Shown one piece after another: positions 1 to 14,439 of a stretch of 64,000 nucleotides of DNA. Under the pieces are notes generated by a model, which saw only the letters and a program-made list of their open reading frames with translations, did no database searches and was not told where the DNA came from. The DNA comes from Lingula anatina (lineage: Eukaryota; Animalia; Brachiopoda). Both the position numbers and the translations under genes were made by a program. Position 1 is the stretch's first letter. Each line of letters begins with the position of its first letter. The DNA is taken from contig CM120648.1 in NCBI GenBank assembly GCA_051362555.1, positions 19,712,587 through 19,776,586 on the forward strand, read 5' to 3'.

Positions 1-225
1 CATCACAATTTCTAACACGGAATCAAACATTGACGCAGAATAACGTTAATGAGAGAAATGAAAATGGCGTGTCAACGAGTACCGATAATGCCACGACTGT
101 GGTGGGAAAATCAGTGCAGCATTAGAATAAATAACTGGCTCACTGAAGAATATGAAACGTAATATTTAGAAGCAAATGGAGGATTTTACAAAACAAAATC
201 AGGTATGAATATCCTTCTCATGTTT

Positions 226-483
226 ATTAAGAAGAGTAAATGTCTGACGACACGTCTGTGTTTACTAGTAGTGAAGAGTAAATCTCTGACGACACGTCTG
301 TGTTTACTAGTAGTGAAGAGCAAATCTCTGACGACACGTTAGTGTTTACAAGTAGTGAAGACCAAATCTCTGACGACACGTCTGTGTTTACTAGTAGTAG
401 AAAATATCTGACGACACGTCCGTGTTTACTAGTAGTGAAGAGCAAATCTCTGATGACACATCAATATTTACTAGTAGTGAAGT
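226..483. repeat. Tandem minisatellite, ~42-bp unit, ~6 copies
   Basis: Repeated unit TGTTTACTAGTAGTGAAGAGCAAATCTCTGACGACACGTCTG; explains ORFs 227..445 and 300..506. Confidence 0.9.
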
Positions 484-749
484 GCAGAATTCAGATTACT
501 GGTTGATATGGCAGACGCTGCCCATGAAGTTGATACATGTAAGATAAATGATAATAATGAAAATAAATTAGAGGAATAATTTTACCAGGAAAATGATGAA
601 AAATTGTCTCCTTCTAACTGTGATGGTTTGAAACCAATAATAATAAATGAGGGAAAAATGGCCTAGCATCTGTCGTGATGCTGAATCATAAGATTGAAGG
701 TTTCACAGAGTGAACATTTAGTTAAAAGGGTGATTCCTCCTTGACACTT

Positions 750-3700
750 GAAATAAACAAAAAAGAAAGAAGTTCATAAAGAAAAGATTGATGTTTTTAT
801 AACAAGAGATGACGCATCTATTAGAGACACAGCAAAAATATTAGAAAAATATCAATGTCAAGTTTGCACGAGTCTGTTATGGACAGTTGCATTATAGGAA
901 CTAGAGAGAGGAAAAATTAAAGCATTAAAAGAAAATAAAGATGATTATGAAGCTGTAATGGATTTTACAGATAAAGGAAGTAGACCTAGAATGGCGGTCT
1001 AGAAATATTTTTATATGCAACATGTAAAATTAATCATGGCAATGCACAGATTGAAATTCAATCGAATGCTACTCCTTTAGCATGGTTAGATGAATGTAGA
1101 AATATGAGAATTGGTGGATTCTTTACTGAAGAATTTTATTCTGTCATGATAATTTTAATGCATTTGATTTGCTTGTTATAAAATGGCATTACATGCCTTA
1201 ATTCAAAATATCGAAGGAAAGATATGATAATACTACTGCAGTTGCATATATTACACGTGAGGTTTTGAAATCCTCATGATTAATTTGTGATGAAATAGTA
1301 TCACAAATAGAGGAAAAAAAAATCATTACATTGAAAATGATATATGGCTTACTGCTAATTATTTGCCTGGAATATAAAATGTAAAGGCATATAAGGAATC
1401 AAGAAATGTGAATATTACAACTGAATGGTCACTAAATATTATGTATTTAAAAAGTGACAGATATATTAGCTATGCCACATATAAATTTTATTAGATCAAG
1501 ATCAAATAGCAAATGAGGAATATTTGCTGCTTGGAAACCAGAACCTGGTACTGAATACAACAATGTTTTTGATATCTTAGGAGAATGTATTCCTCCTTTT
1601 CAGTCTGATGCTCAGGATAATCAAGAAGTTCTGGGAAAGATCAGGCAGATGCTTAAGTTGTGATACCTTTATGGTTGACGCAAGCATGGCTCAATTAATT
1701 TAAAGGAAATATTCACTAGAAGATATTCCTATTCTTTTACTGCCAGCAACAACAGTATTAACATCTTTTCTCACCAGAAAGGGGTGACACACCCAATAGG
1801 AGACTGTATGAAATTTTTGGCATGCAATGTATCACGAAAACTGTCAAGTCAGATAGAATTACAGAGAAAGCTATTGAAGTCATATTTAAAGCATGTAAAA
1901 TCATATTTAAAGCATGTGCAAAAAACCACTATTCAGTCTATATTAAAAAATGAAGAATGTTTTCAAATAAAGTGAAGGTCGTTTTGAGTATAGACCAACT
2001 ACAGCAATGTGCTAGACTTTTAAGTACATCTCTATGAAGATGGCTCAAATAACAGTGCTATAGACACTGATAGATATGCATTATCAACAACTATTGGCAT
2101 TGTTGCTTCGACGGTTGGGAGACATCCTTAGATTATATGGTTCTTGAAAGGAGTTTTTAACACTGACCCAGTGCACCCAGATATCAGAAAGTTTGACATG
2201 TATCAATTGATTAACATAACTTAAGAAAACTGTCACCAGTAAGACAGTTATCATTGAAAGATTTTTTTTTTTTTTTTTCAATGAAGTTTATCATCCTCAT
2301 GTCTCTTACATCTGCGCAAAAAGATTTTGTGCATTTATTGAAGTTCAGAGAGTTAGAACTTCACAAAAACTGTTTTATTTAAAATCAAAGAAACTTTGAA
2401 ACAGTTCAAGACCAGGTGTTGGTACAACAACATTTACATTTTTATGGTACCCCCTAAATAGGGGATTGCATACATTGATATGTGTTAAAGAATATTTGAA
2501 AAGAACAAAACCATTAATAAATGGACAAAACCATTAATAAATGGCAAAGTAGGAAAAAAAAAAAATATTAGTTATTGAAAGCCTTAATTCATCCGTTTCA
2601 AGAGATACAATATCAAGATGGATTCGGATGTTGATGCACCAAGCATGTGTATAAGAATCATTTAAGGCTCATTCAACCCAAGCTGCAGCAGTGTCAGCAG
2701 CATAATTTTCCCATATATGATATTCTTAAAAGCAGCTTGATGATTTTCAAGCAAAGCTTGCTAAGTACTACAATAAACCTGTTTAAGGGAAAGAATTTTC
2801 TAAAGCAGGTTGAATAATTGGAAAAGTTATGTAGTATTATATTTTGAGCTAAACTTGCTCTCGTGACCAGCAAGCTTCGAACTGTGAAGATATGCGCAAG
2901 TGCGCATGTGCTCTCGCATAAAACGGGAATCTCGTATGACCTCATTTGTATAGAAACGAAATAGAATTCAAAAATTAAATGAGATTTATTGAAATTTAAT
3001 TGAAATTCTATGAAGTTTCTAATACAAATGAGAGGTCATACGCCCACCCACCTCCCCTATTCCACAGCAAAAAAGGGGGAGGGGGGGAGTGCCTGGTTTA
3101 CATAGAAACATGTAAAACCACAATTATGGGTTGATATTTATAATGAACCTAAGATAACTTATGTTATCATGTAAAAAATCATAACCATATTTATGGGTTG
3201 ATTTTTATGTACAGACACAGATGTGTCTGTACATATAGCCATCACCTGCGTCTGTCGTCGCCGTTGCCGTTGCCGTTGCCGTTGGCGTGCACTTTTACCG
3301 TAAACACGATAAGTGGAAAACAGTTTTACGTTTTGACTTGAAACTTACAGAACTGATGAATATTCATAATATTCAGGTCAAGTTCGAAAATCAGCATGAT
3401 CGGGCCATTTTTAGGGAAGTTATGCTGTTTTTTCACTTTTTTCAGCATATATGCAACACCGTAAACACGATAAGTGGAAAACCGTTTTACCTTTTGGTTT
3501 GAAACTTACAGAACTGATGAATTTGTATAATACGCAGGTCAAGTTTGAAAATCAGCATGATCGGGTCATTTTTAGGGAAGTTTTGCTTTTTTTTCACTTT
3601 TTTCAGCATATATGCAACACCGTAAACACGATAAGTGGAAAACCGTTTTACCTTTTGGTTTGAAACTTACAGAACTGATGAATTTGTATAATACGCAGGT

Positions 3701-6700
3701 CAAGTTCGAAAATCAGCATGATCGAGTCATTTTTAGGGAAGTTTTGCTTTTTTTTTCACTTTTTTCAGCATATATGCAACACCGTAAACACAATAAGTGG
3801 AAAACCGTTTTACCTTTTGGTTTGAAACTTACAGAACTGATGAATATTTATAATACGCAGGTTAAGTTCGAAAATCAGCATGATTGGGTCATTTTTAGGG
3901 AAGTTATGCTTTTTTTTCACATTTTCTCTGATTCAATTCTTAGGCATGTTAATAGTCTCATTATTGAACTAATAAGATATGTAAAAGTGTTTTTTATGTA
4001 CAGACACAGATGTGTCTGTACATATTGCCATCACCTGCGTCTGTCGTCGCCGATGCTGATGCCGATGCCGATGCCGATGCCGGCGCCGGCGCCGTGCACT
4101 TTCCTTGTAAACACGATAAGTGGAGGGCAGTTTTACTTTTTGGCTTAATATTTACAGAGCTGATGAATATTCATAAAACGCAGGTCAAGTTCGAAAATCA
4201 GCATGATCGGGCCATTTTAAGGGAAGTTATGCTTTTTTATGTACAGACACAGATGTGTCTGTACATATAGCCATCATCTGCGTCTGTCGTTGTCGCCGTC
4301 GTCGCCGTCGGTGCCGTCGTCGCCGTCGTGCACTTTTACCGATAACACGATAAGTGGAAAACCGTTTTTGCTTTTGTCTTGAAACTTACAGAACTGATGA
4401 ATATTCATAATACGCAGGTCAAGTTCGAAAATCAGCATTATCGGTTCATTTTTAGGGAAGTTATGCTGTTTTTTCACTTTTTTCAGCATATATGCAGCAC
4501 TGATAACACGATAAGTGGAAAACCATTTTACTTTTGGGCTTGAAACTTACAAAACTGATGAATATTCATAATCCGCAGGTCAAGTTCGAAAATCAGCATG
4601 ATCGGTTCATTTTTAGGGAAGTTACGCTGTTTTTTCACTTTTTTCAGCATATATGCAGCACTGATAACACAATATAAGAAAAACAGATGGGGAAATTGTC
4701 ATTATACTAACAGGACTGGTCAATCTTACTAAAACATAGGATGAGTGCGAAAATCAGCATAATCGGGCCATTATTTTAGAAGTTATGCTGTTTTTTCACA
4801 TTTCCTCAGATTCAATTGTTAGGCATGTTAACAGTCTCATTATTGAACTAATAAGATATGTAAAAGTGCTTGTTTGACATTTCCTGCATCTTTATAACAT
4901 TGCTAGTTGATTATGTAAAAATGATGGTAAACTTGTTATTGTGTATTATGTTATAAAGTGTCAAAAATGGAAATAAACTCATATCATTGCAGTTTGTCAG
5001 ATTCAATCATCTACTATCTTCAGAATCTCAGAATGGAGGAAATTGGACATTTAACACTGTTCTATTGATATTTTTCCCATCTCATCAATTTTCTTAGTTG
5101 ATCATATACAAATGGTAGTAAACTGTTTATTTTGTTTTATGTTAAAAAAGGGTTTTAAAAATAGAAGTAAACCCATTGCAGAGCAGTGCTGTCTTGTTTC
5201 AGCATGTATGCAGCACCGATAACACGATAAGTGGAAAACCATTTTACATTTTGCCTTGAAACTTACGGAACTGCTGAATATTCATAATATGCAGGTCAAG
5301 TTCGAAAATCAGCATGATCGGGTCATTTTTATGGAAGTTATGCTGTTTTTCACTTTTTTGAGCATATATACAACACTGATAACATGATAAGTGAAAAATC
5401 ATTTTACCTTTTGGCTTGAAACTTGCAGAACTAATGAATATTCATAATACGCAGGTCAAGTTTGAAAATCAGCATGATTGGGTCATTTTTAGGGTAGTTA
5501 TGCTGTTTTTTTTTTCACTTTTTTTAGCATAGATGCAGCACCGATAACACGATAAGTGGAAAACCATTTTACCTTTTGGTTTCAAACTTACAGAACTGAT
5601 GAATATTCATAATACGCAGGTCAAGTTTGAAAATCAGCATGATCGGGTCATTTTTAAGGAAGTTATGCTGTTTTTCACTTTTTTCAGCATATATGCAACA
5701 CTGATAACATGATAAGTGGAAAACCATTTTACCTTTTGGCTTGAAACTTGCAGAACTAATGAATATTTATAATACGCAGGTCAAGTTTGAAAATCAGCAT
5801 GATCGGGTCATTTTTAGGGTAGTTATGCTGTTTTTTTCACTTTTTTCAGCATGTATGCAACACCTATAACACCTTTGTGCTATATGATGGTACTGTATGA
5901 AATTGTCCCTTGGGTTATCCCTAATTAAATTAAGGTCTATAAAGTCTTGCCTAGTAATTAATTTTCTATTGGCCATTAAATGAGATTACATAAAACACTC
6001 GTTGAGATTTCCCTGTAAAGTCCCATAGGTTTAGCTCTGTTAACTGTGTCACAAAATTAGGATTTGGTGATAATTATGCAGATAAATAGTGTTTAACATT
6101 GCAAATAAATTTACAACAAAAAATGTGTTATGCCAACATGCTATAGATGAATAACAGTGCTTTATTTTTCTCAAACTTGGTGGGGTTATTAATATCAATT
6201 TAATACAGCTAGATTAAAAGTTTGAATAGCAGCTTTATTGGAATTTTTTTACGTTTTATTAATTTTTTTTTAAATTTATTTTTCAAACACTAGCATCTTC
6301 AAGATGTGATTTTTAACTCCCATCCACCAGAAGTGCTGTGCATGTTCTGTATTTTTGTATATAATCGTTATTTCTTCAGATTTAATTCTTAGGCATGTTA
6401 ACAGTCTCATTATGGAACTAATAAGATATGTAAAAGTGTTGTTTTGACATTTTCTGCTTCTTAACAATATTGTTAGTTGATTATATAAAAATGACGGTAA
6501 ACCTGTTATTGTGCATTGTGTAATAAAGTATCATGAATGGAAAGGAACTCATCATTACAGTTTGTCAGATTTAATCGTTCACTATGTTCAGCATCTGCAA
6601 ATGGAGCAAATTGGACATTGAAAATTGTTCTATTGATATTTTTCCTATGTCAACAATTTTCCTAGTTGAACATTTAAAAATGACAGTTTATTGATTATTT

Positions 6701-8007
6701 TGTTTTAAAGAAGGTGTTGAAAATGGAAAGAAAATCATTTCAGTACAGTTATCTCTTGCTTACGTTTTGGCATTTTGAAAGTGTGACTCTGAACTTCCAT
6801 GGCCTTGAAGACCTTCCCAAACCACATTTTCTGAATATTCATGGTACTTTTATTTTTATTTTTTTAATTTGATGGTCATTATGCTGTTAAGTATTATGTT
6901 TTATTGCATGAAAGTTGAAGAAAACCCTATTTTGGACACTGCTGCCAGGATAGCGATTAAGGCAAAACCATGTTACCTACGATACTGAAACTTACTGAAA
7001 AGTTTCATAAGACAGAAGTGCAGCTTGTGTTTGAAAACCAGTGTGATTGTTTTCTGTTTTGAAAGCAATGCAGGTTTATAGAGTGCTATACTGGCATTTT
7101 CAAGTTGTGACTTATCACTCCCATCTGCCAGGAGCCCTGTACTCTTACTTTGTAACATTTTCTGTATTTTGTTAAGTTAATGATTCTTAGGAGTCAAGAA
7201 TGATTCTTAGGATTGACATACAGCCCCCCCAAAAAATAATAAATTATATATATATGTATAGATATATATTTTTTTAATGAGTTTAAACAATTTTTTGTGT
7301 AATTTTCACTGTACCTCATTCTGGCATTTCCAAAGTTTAACTCTTATCAGCCTGACACCTTAGGGACTATTTCCAGACCCTATCACGCTAACTGTGGACC
7401 GATCTATCTCCATGGGAATTCTCGCTAAATTGCAATCAATGTAAGTGGCTTAGCTGTCTGTCACGTCTACTGAAATTGGCATGCCAGAATCCTAAGACTC
7501 TCAAACTGAAAGCAATTTAGTGAGAAACCCCTTGGAGTTGGATTGATCCTGTTAGATTGATCTAGGTATGGGAACTCAGTCTAATGCTTGATACACATTT
7601 AACTTTCATCCTAATCCAATGTTATGCAGAATTAGAATTTGATGTTGGCTATGCAGTTACAGTAAGCATAATACATTAGTTCATCAGAATTGACAGTATC
7701 CTATTTCCTGCGTTTTTATTTTCTGGTTTTTGTCTGTACATTTGACAGCTTTGCTGCCTTGTTATAATACACCTTAGATAATTTTTATATTATCTGAGAA
7801 ACATATAAGGAATTTATATTCCTTTTGTTGTATAGTGGTATTATAATTGCAACAAATTTCTGAGTTGCAATGCTGGTCACTCGAGATAGTGACTATCGTG
7901 CGCATGTGCTCTCGCAAAAACGGAAATCTCGTATGACCTCTCATTTGTATTAGAAACTTCATAGAATTTCAATTAAATTTCAATAAATCTCATTTAATTT
8001 TTGAATT
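750..8007 (+). mobile_element. Degenerate DIRS1-like tyrosine-recombinase retrotransposon (3' part), interrupted by a Helentron-type element
   Basis: Broken frames give RNase H motif DNTTAVAYI (1226-1252), a PPFS/W-x-TQAW-like region (~1590-1690), and YR motifs VSRDTISRWIR (~2595-2627) and FKAHSTQAAA (2661-2690). 2965-3042 is the exact reverse complement of 7930-8007, consistent with the DIRS ICR/terminal-repeat arrangement. Left boundary is approximate. Confidence 0.8.
3205..7763 (+). mobile_element. Non-autonomous Helentron-type (HINE/DINE-like) element with internal 161-bp satellite arrays
   Basis: 5' head TT-ATGTACAGACACAGATGTGTCTGTACAT (palindrome) followed by a GCCGTT/GCCGAT/GCCGTC microsatellite; 161-bp tandem units (3451 to 3612 spacing); 3' end has the inverted subterminal TGTCTGTACAT (7731-7741), hairpin GACAGC-TTT-GCTGCC and TTGTT. 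Confidence 0.75.
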
Positions 8008-8807
8008 AACAGAAATGAAACACCTTTCAGAGATATAAACTTTCATAAAACAACCTTCTGAAATTAAGGTTACCTGCTACCGCATGAGCAATTAGACCAC
8101 TTTAGATGCACCTGTCATTCACCTTAAGACATCCTTAAACCATCTAAATTTTAGTCCCTCAATGCTCTAATCCAGCAGTAACATACAAACGGTATCCCCT
8201 TTTTACAGATCATCCAGAAACATTCCAGATAGACACTTGCACTAAACATGGTAATAAGGATTCCGGATTCCAATATATACCATACAGCTTGAATAATAAG
8301 CTTTCAAATACAAACCAAAACGTTCACGTCACTTATAATTGTTATCTCTGCACTTGCCAAAAGTTAAGTCCTATCACTGGAATTTCATTGCACAATGTAT
8401 AAACCAAGATCAAGAACTATACAAAGGCAAGATTTTTTAAATGAAGACCCAGAATAATACTTGTTAGAGTGATCTTTATAACAGTTAACAAGACAACGAT
8501 GATGAATAAAGTCCATATTGCAGATTTCCAGCAATAGCAACTTCAAAGATATGACTTTCGTTACCAAGGCTACCAAACTCCAATTAACCGTAATGCCTTG
8601 TTAAGGGACTTTATCATTCAACTTTATTTGCAGAAAAATATCAACATGAATACCTTTTCTTCACCACAGTGACTGTAATATCCGCCAAAACACAGCAGCA
8701 ATAATCACTTCAGCAAGTGAACCAACTAGAGCAGAAACATTACAACTTAACTGTTCAAAAGACCATGGCAAACAAATATCGATAGGAAATCTGGGATGTC
8801 AAAGATG

Positions 8808-10520
8808 AAAATAACAAATACATCTTTTGAGTCTGGAATTTTTCCTGACCTCTGTAAAACTGCTGTTGTAAAGCCTCTCTTAAAGAAGAGCAGTCTTGAA
8901 AGAAACGAGCTGAAAAACTATAGACCAATTTCCAATTGCTCTTTCATTAGTAAATTTCTGGAAAAAATGGCATTCTCGCAACTGAACAACTACTTAACAG
9001 CACATTCTCTGTATGGTAAATTCCAATCAGCCTACAGAACTGGTCATAGTACTGAAACAGCCCTGCTAAAGGTTCAAAATGATATCATGCTCTCATTAAA
9101 CAATCACTGTGATGTCATCTTGGTCCTCTTGGATCTTTCTGCTGCTTTCGACACGATTGACCATGATATTTTACTACAACGTTTGCAGTGCAGGTTTGGC
9201 ATTACAGGAATGGCGATTGATTGGTTGAGCTCTTACTTAAAGGGAAGAACACAAAAAGTGGAAATTAATTCCCTTCTTTCTGCCCCTGAAACCCTGAAAT
9301 ATGGTGTTCCGCAGGGATCGGTGTTAGGCCCACTACTTTTTTCACTCTATATGGTGCCTCTTGAGGAGATCATTTCTAAGCACAATCTTCAGACCACAAT
9401 TTTTGCTGATGATACTCAGATTTATGTAACTTGTGATAGTCGGTGTGATTATTCTGTAGTGTCAGACATAGAGAAATGTATTGATGAGATCGGGGTGTGG
9501 ATGCTTTCAAATAAGCTGGCTCTAAATGACACTAAAACGGAAATAATCTGGTTTTCATCTGAATTTAAAGATAGAAAGGACTGTGCTACTAACACTAATG
9601 TTCGCATTGGCAATGTGTCTGTGAAAGCATCTGTCAGTGCTAGAAATTTAGGTGTGTTTTTTGATTCAGCTGGGATCTTTGACAAGCATATAGACAGTGT
9701 TTGTAAGTCGGCATCTTTTTCACTGTGGAGAATAGGGAAGATTCGGAATTTACTAAATATAGAAACAACTACAAAATTAGTTCATGCTTTTATTACATCA
9801 AAATTAGATTATTGCAACAGTATTCTTTTTGGGGTGAGTGACAGCAAATTGAAAAAAATCCAATTGATTCAAAATTCAGCGGCCAGATTAGTTAAAAAGA
9901 TAAGGAACCAGAGCTTAGATCATATCACTCCAGTGTTAAAGGAATTGCATTGGCTGCCAATCAAACAAAGAATTTTATTCAAAGTGTTGTGCATAATTTT
10001 TAGAGCTTTTAAAGAAAACGCACCTTGTTATATTGCACATCTTATTCAGTCATCTGAACCTCGCAGGTTAACAAGAAACTCTTTTGAAAACAATTTTATA
10101 CTCAATCACTGTGAAATAGACAGAAAATGCAACAAATTCTATGGAGACCGGGCTTTTACTGTTTATGCTCCAAAATTGTGGAACAAATTGCCTTTTAGTA
10201 TCAGAGCTGAAAGTGACTATAATACTTTTAAAGCCTGTCTTAAAACTCATCTTTTTAAAGAATTTTATGGTTAGTGTTCCTTTAAGCCTTTTAGTTGTTT
10301 ATCATTTATTAAGAGTGAGCTTGGGTTAATTTTAGTAGTATTTTAAAGTTATATCAATAAATTTTCTCTGCTTTCTCTAATTAATTAATTTTATCAGTAA
10401 ATGTTAAAAGTATTTTAGTATTGTTATTTTTAGACTTTTTTAATTATTTGTAAAGTGCATTGAAATGTAAAAAATGGAATGCGCTATATAAGAAATAAAT
10501 ATTATTATTATTATTATTAA
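8808..10520 (+). mobile_element. 5'-truncated L2/Crack-type LINE (RT ORF 8796..10274)
   Basis: Motifs KNYRPISN, QSAYR..HSTETAL, LLDLSAAFDTIDH, GVPQGSVLGP, FADDTQ, LHWLP; typical L2 3' end TGTAAAG..GCGCTATATAAG..AATAAA followed by an (ATT)n tail; no endonuclease domain. Confidence 0.9.
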
Positions 10521-10978
10521 AGTCAAGTTATGGTAAAACAGAGCATGGATTTGATTAACAAAATGAAGTAAGAGCAACAAAATATAAAGAAATGACGACT
10601 GTAAATTTGACAAACGAATATTAAGATACAAATGATACAGCCCAGACACACCAATGTCAGACAATAAATAGAACTTAAAGGAATATAAGATAACAATGAC
10701 GGAAACAGACTGAAGAGATAACAATACATCTGATAAAGTCTAGACACACCAGCATCTGACCATAAAAAAGACATTAAACTAAAAGGAAACAATCTCACAA
10801 GCAGCATCATCTTGAAGCTGAAATTGTGTTACTATCATTTAATTGCAATCAAGAAACTTGCTCCGTCTTGTGCTGGCAGAATGACCCCTGTCACCTGTGA
10901 GTGTCAATTGTCATTATCCAAACACAAGGTCTGATTCTGACGACAAATGTCACAATTTGCTGCAGAAGCCCTGAAAGA

Positions 10979-13838
10979 TCAATGCAGACAAAGACATCTT
11001 ACAACAAAAAGAACAGACAAAAACCCACCAGGATCATAAGGCCAATTGCTAACATTTGAGAAAATTGATTGTACAGTACTAAATGATTGTCCCGTCCCTC
11101 TGTAGCTATGTGTAGCACCTAAAAGTGTTTGCAAAACGTGCAATGACCACTTTGCCTCCAACATGACCACCAGTTTATCTAATCTACCCTTCCCTTTAGG
11201 ATAGCCCATTTCTCTGAAAACTTGAAACCTCCCTAGTTTCCCTTTAAATACAAAACAACTGATGTCATTGTGATCACAAGCACCACTGACAATGTTCACT
11301 TTATCAGACATAGCTTCACCAGCCAGGAATTTGTCATCAGCAGGTACAGGTTTTTCGCCAGAATAGAGGGACTTTCTATTTTGATCTTTACCTGGGACGT
11401 TGGTTTTATCATGTAACTCTTCAAACAAACCTGGTATCCTTTTACTCCCTTTCACTTTTTTGATTTGGTCGATGGAATTGCCTGAAGAAAATTCAAAATG
11501 TGACACATTGCTTAACCTGGAATGATTTTCAAAATCCCTTAGCCCTACCCTTGCTATAATTGGTTTTTGATCTTTATTTGGCATTTCTGTCATTTTCATC
11601 ATTTCACCCCTTACTACAAGAGTACCAGCTTTGATATCAATGATCACCCCCAAATTTTGTAAAACGTCATGACCTAAAATCATTTCATCATGAATGGGAG
11701 CTATGTACTGTGTTTGGAAAGTACTGGATCCAAGTTTCATTTTCAGAGAATCGATGAAATAACCCTTCAGTACTGCATTGTCACTTGCCAGACTCATTGC
11801 AACATCTCCCAATATTGATGGTTTTCTTTTCAATTTTTCGTAAACTTTTGTGGAGAGAATGGTGACCTCCGACCCAGTATCAACTCGGGCATGGATTGGT
11901 AAACCTCCAAGCTTAAGTTTTACGTAAGAATTTGAAGCAACAGTCTGTTGAATAGGAGCTTTTGGTGTTAAATTTTGATCTCTCTTGTTAATTGGTTTTT
12001 TCCTTGCACACTCAGCTGGGTTAGGTGTTTTAGTGACAGCTTCTAGAAGATCTAGTTCACTTTCACTTGTTTGTGTAGAAATGTTACAGGTGCTTGTTGA
12101 CAACTGAGGTACAGGATTGCCAATTTTGTGATTGTATTCAAGTGGATTAGTAATCTCACTTATACTGTTAACATGCACATCCATTTGTGCAGCAACATGG
12201 CTGTTAGGCTGGTGAGGTTGAGTAAAATTTCTCAAAGCATTCTCCTTATTTTTCTTCAACCAAATTTTGTGTTTTTCACAATCCCTTTTAAAGTGATCTG
12301 GACTATGACAGAAGAAACAGGTTTGTCTTCTACTCAAAATTGGTGTTGCTAATTTCAACACAGTTTCCACTACTTTTTCAAGGTTGTGCACAGGTGGAAC
12401 TTCAGCAGATTTAACACTTTCTTTCTTTCTGTTTTCGAAGAGCAAAGAAACATGCTGATAATATTTCACTTTGTTTATAGCAGCCTCTATGCTTTTTGGT
12501 AGTTCTAAACAAGCATACTTTCCAGCCTCCCAGTCTGAACAACCTAAACAAAATTGTGTTATTGCCTCTTTATTGATGAAAGATTCTGGCAGATCCACAT
12601 AGGCTGACATTGCTAGAGAAAGGACCCTTGCTGCCCAATCACCGAGAGATTCATTTGGTTGTTGGTAAGAGTGTTGAAATTCTACCCGGGCAATTTCAGG
12701 CAAAACTTCATCACTAAACCGAGTTTCCAACTTCTGCAAAATTTCCAAATATGAGAAGTCTTTACCCGATTTTGTAAGGCGTGTGTAGTAGTCTAGAGCA
12801 TTTCCTTCTAGACTCCATGTTAGATAGTCTTTTGATTGAATATCGGACCAACCATACACTTCTTTATAGCTCTCAAATTTTTGTTTGAATGATTGCCAAT
12901 TACTTTTCCCATCATATTTAAGAGAATTTGGAAGATCACTGGGATTTCCCCTCTCTTCCCTCGAAAAGTTGGAGTTTTTTCTTAAATTTTTTGAATTTAC
13001 AGCTTGATGGTTTTTGTAATGGAGCAGGATGTTTTAAAGAATGTGTAAAGTGATCCTTCGATGTTAGTTTGCTATCCCATTCACACTCCTCCTCAGAAGA
13101 TGATGTTATTCTTCTAGGGTTTAAACAAGATCTAGGACAATTGTTAGAAAGGTTTTCCTCATCTCCACTGCTACGAAAACAAGCAGCTTCAGAATGAGTA
13201 TAAGCCCCCTGAATGTCATTGTTAGCACTACTGTATGGTGTTTTAGCAGCATGTAATTCTGTTTTAAAATGAGACCTAGATCGAGAAGTATCTTGTTCCT
13301 CATTGGAAGAACAAGCATGGGAAGAAAGTCTAGACTTCAGCTCACTTAATATTTCGCTTGATGGTTTTAGATGTTTTTGCGAATTTAACCGAAAATGGCC
13401 AGTTTCCGATTGACATTTAGAAGATAGTTTTTCTCTTTGAACTGATTTAGAATCAACTTTGGGCACTGAAGCCATAGCCCCTTCATCTGATTTTTCCATA
13501 GCAGCCAACCTGGCTTTTTCCTTCTTCAGTTCTGAAAGAGTTTTCCTTAATTGTAATAATTTGGCAAAGTTTTCCGAAATATGTTTTTCTAAATGTTTAT
13601 TGGAGAGCTGTTCTCTAGAACTTTCGTTTTCCTCCAGTTTAGCATGACTGAGAGTAGTTGCATTGGTGTACATTGAAGCAGGTGATCTCCACTTTCTCCT
13701 ATCATCCATAACTGCAATGAGTATATGAACAATAATAAGTCCAAAATAAAACAATATATACAAACTTACAATGGAGAATGTGATAATGAGATACTTGTTG
13801 AACCTGAAACAATTTCCAGCAGACCACAAACAGCACAC
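10979..13838 (-). mobile_element. Ty3/gypsy-derived gag-protease remnant (no RT/RNase H/integrase core)
   Basis: Frame upstream of 12859 reads LKYDGKSNWQSFKQKFE (gag); CCHC knuckle CFFCHSPDHFKRDC; aspartic protease RVDTGSEVTI..ILGHD; frameshift relative to ORF 12936..13838. Confidence 0.8.
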
Positions 13839-14424
13839 CTAAGACCAAAAGTTGCTAGGCTTAAGTGAGACTAATTAACAGTGCATTAAAAGCTCCTGAA
13901 ATATAATCAGTTCACTGCAATAATATCAACTGAATAAAATTGCTAAGCCAATGTGAAACAAGTCCCAGTGCATTAAAAGCTCCTGGATTTGACCAGTTCA
14001 CAACAACAATTGAAAAGCAGTGTGAAACACACCTGATTTCAACTTGGTCCCAATAAACTAGAGTAATGTAAGGTTAAAAGGGTAAAAGTGGTTGAACAGT
14101 TCACAAGAAATTTCACAAGGCGTGTACTCAAGTGTATGAAACAGAGTTGCCGGCTATGAGCTTCTAAGATGATAACAGCTCACCTGTGATACAGTTGAGT
14201 GAGTTTGTCATGGAGAACGAATAAAGCGAGTATGTGGTGTTATTATTTTCAAAAAACTTGTCAAAATTTCTTTATTTATCCTAAACAGATTCCTTATGGG
14301 CCCTTGCAAACTAAACTTCATTGAAATGAATTCAGTTACCTGATGCACCTGCCCCTCCCTTAAAAAAAAAAAAAACAAAGAAATTTCTGACCTCAAGTTT
14401 TTGAACTTCCCGCGTAATTTCTTA

Positions 14425-14439
14425 GGATCCTCGTCGCCA
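14425..14439 (-). promoter_or_regulatory. Primer-binding-site-like motif TGGCGACGAGGATCC
   Basis: Matches the common gypsy PBS complementary to a tRNA-Ser 3' end; the GC-richer tract 14440-14665 may be the adjoining LTR, but no second copy was found. Confidence 0.45.

Noticed and set aside
3345-3410. CTGATGA...GAAA in every 161-bp satellite unit, suggesting a hammerhead array
   Set aside because: No helix II closes between GA and GAAA, an extra A misregisters helix III, and there is no stem I.
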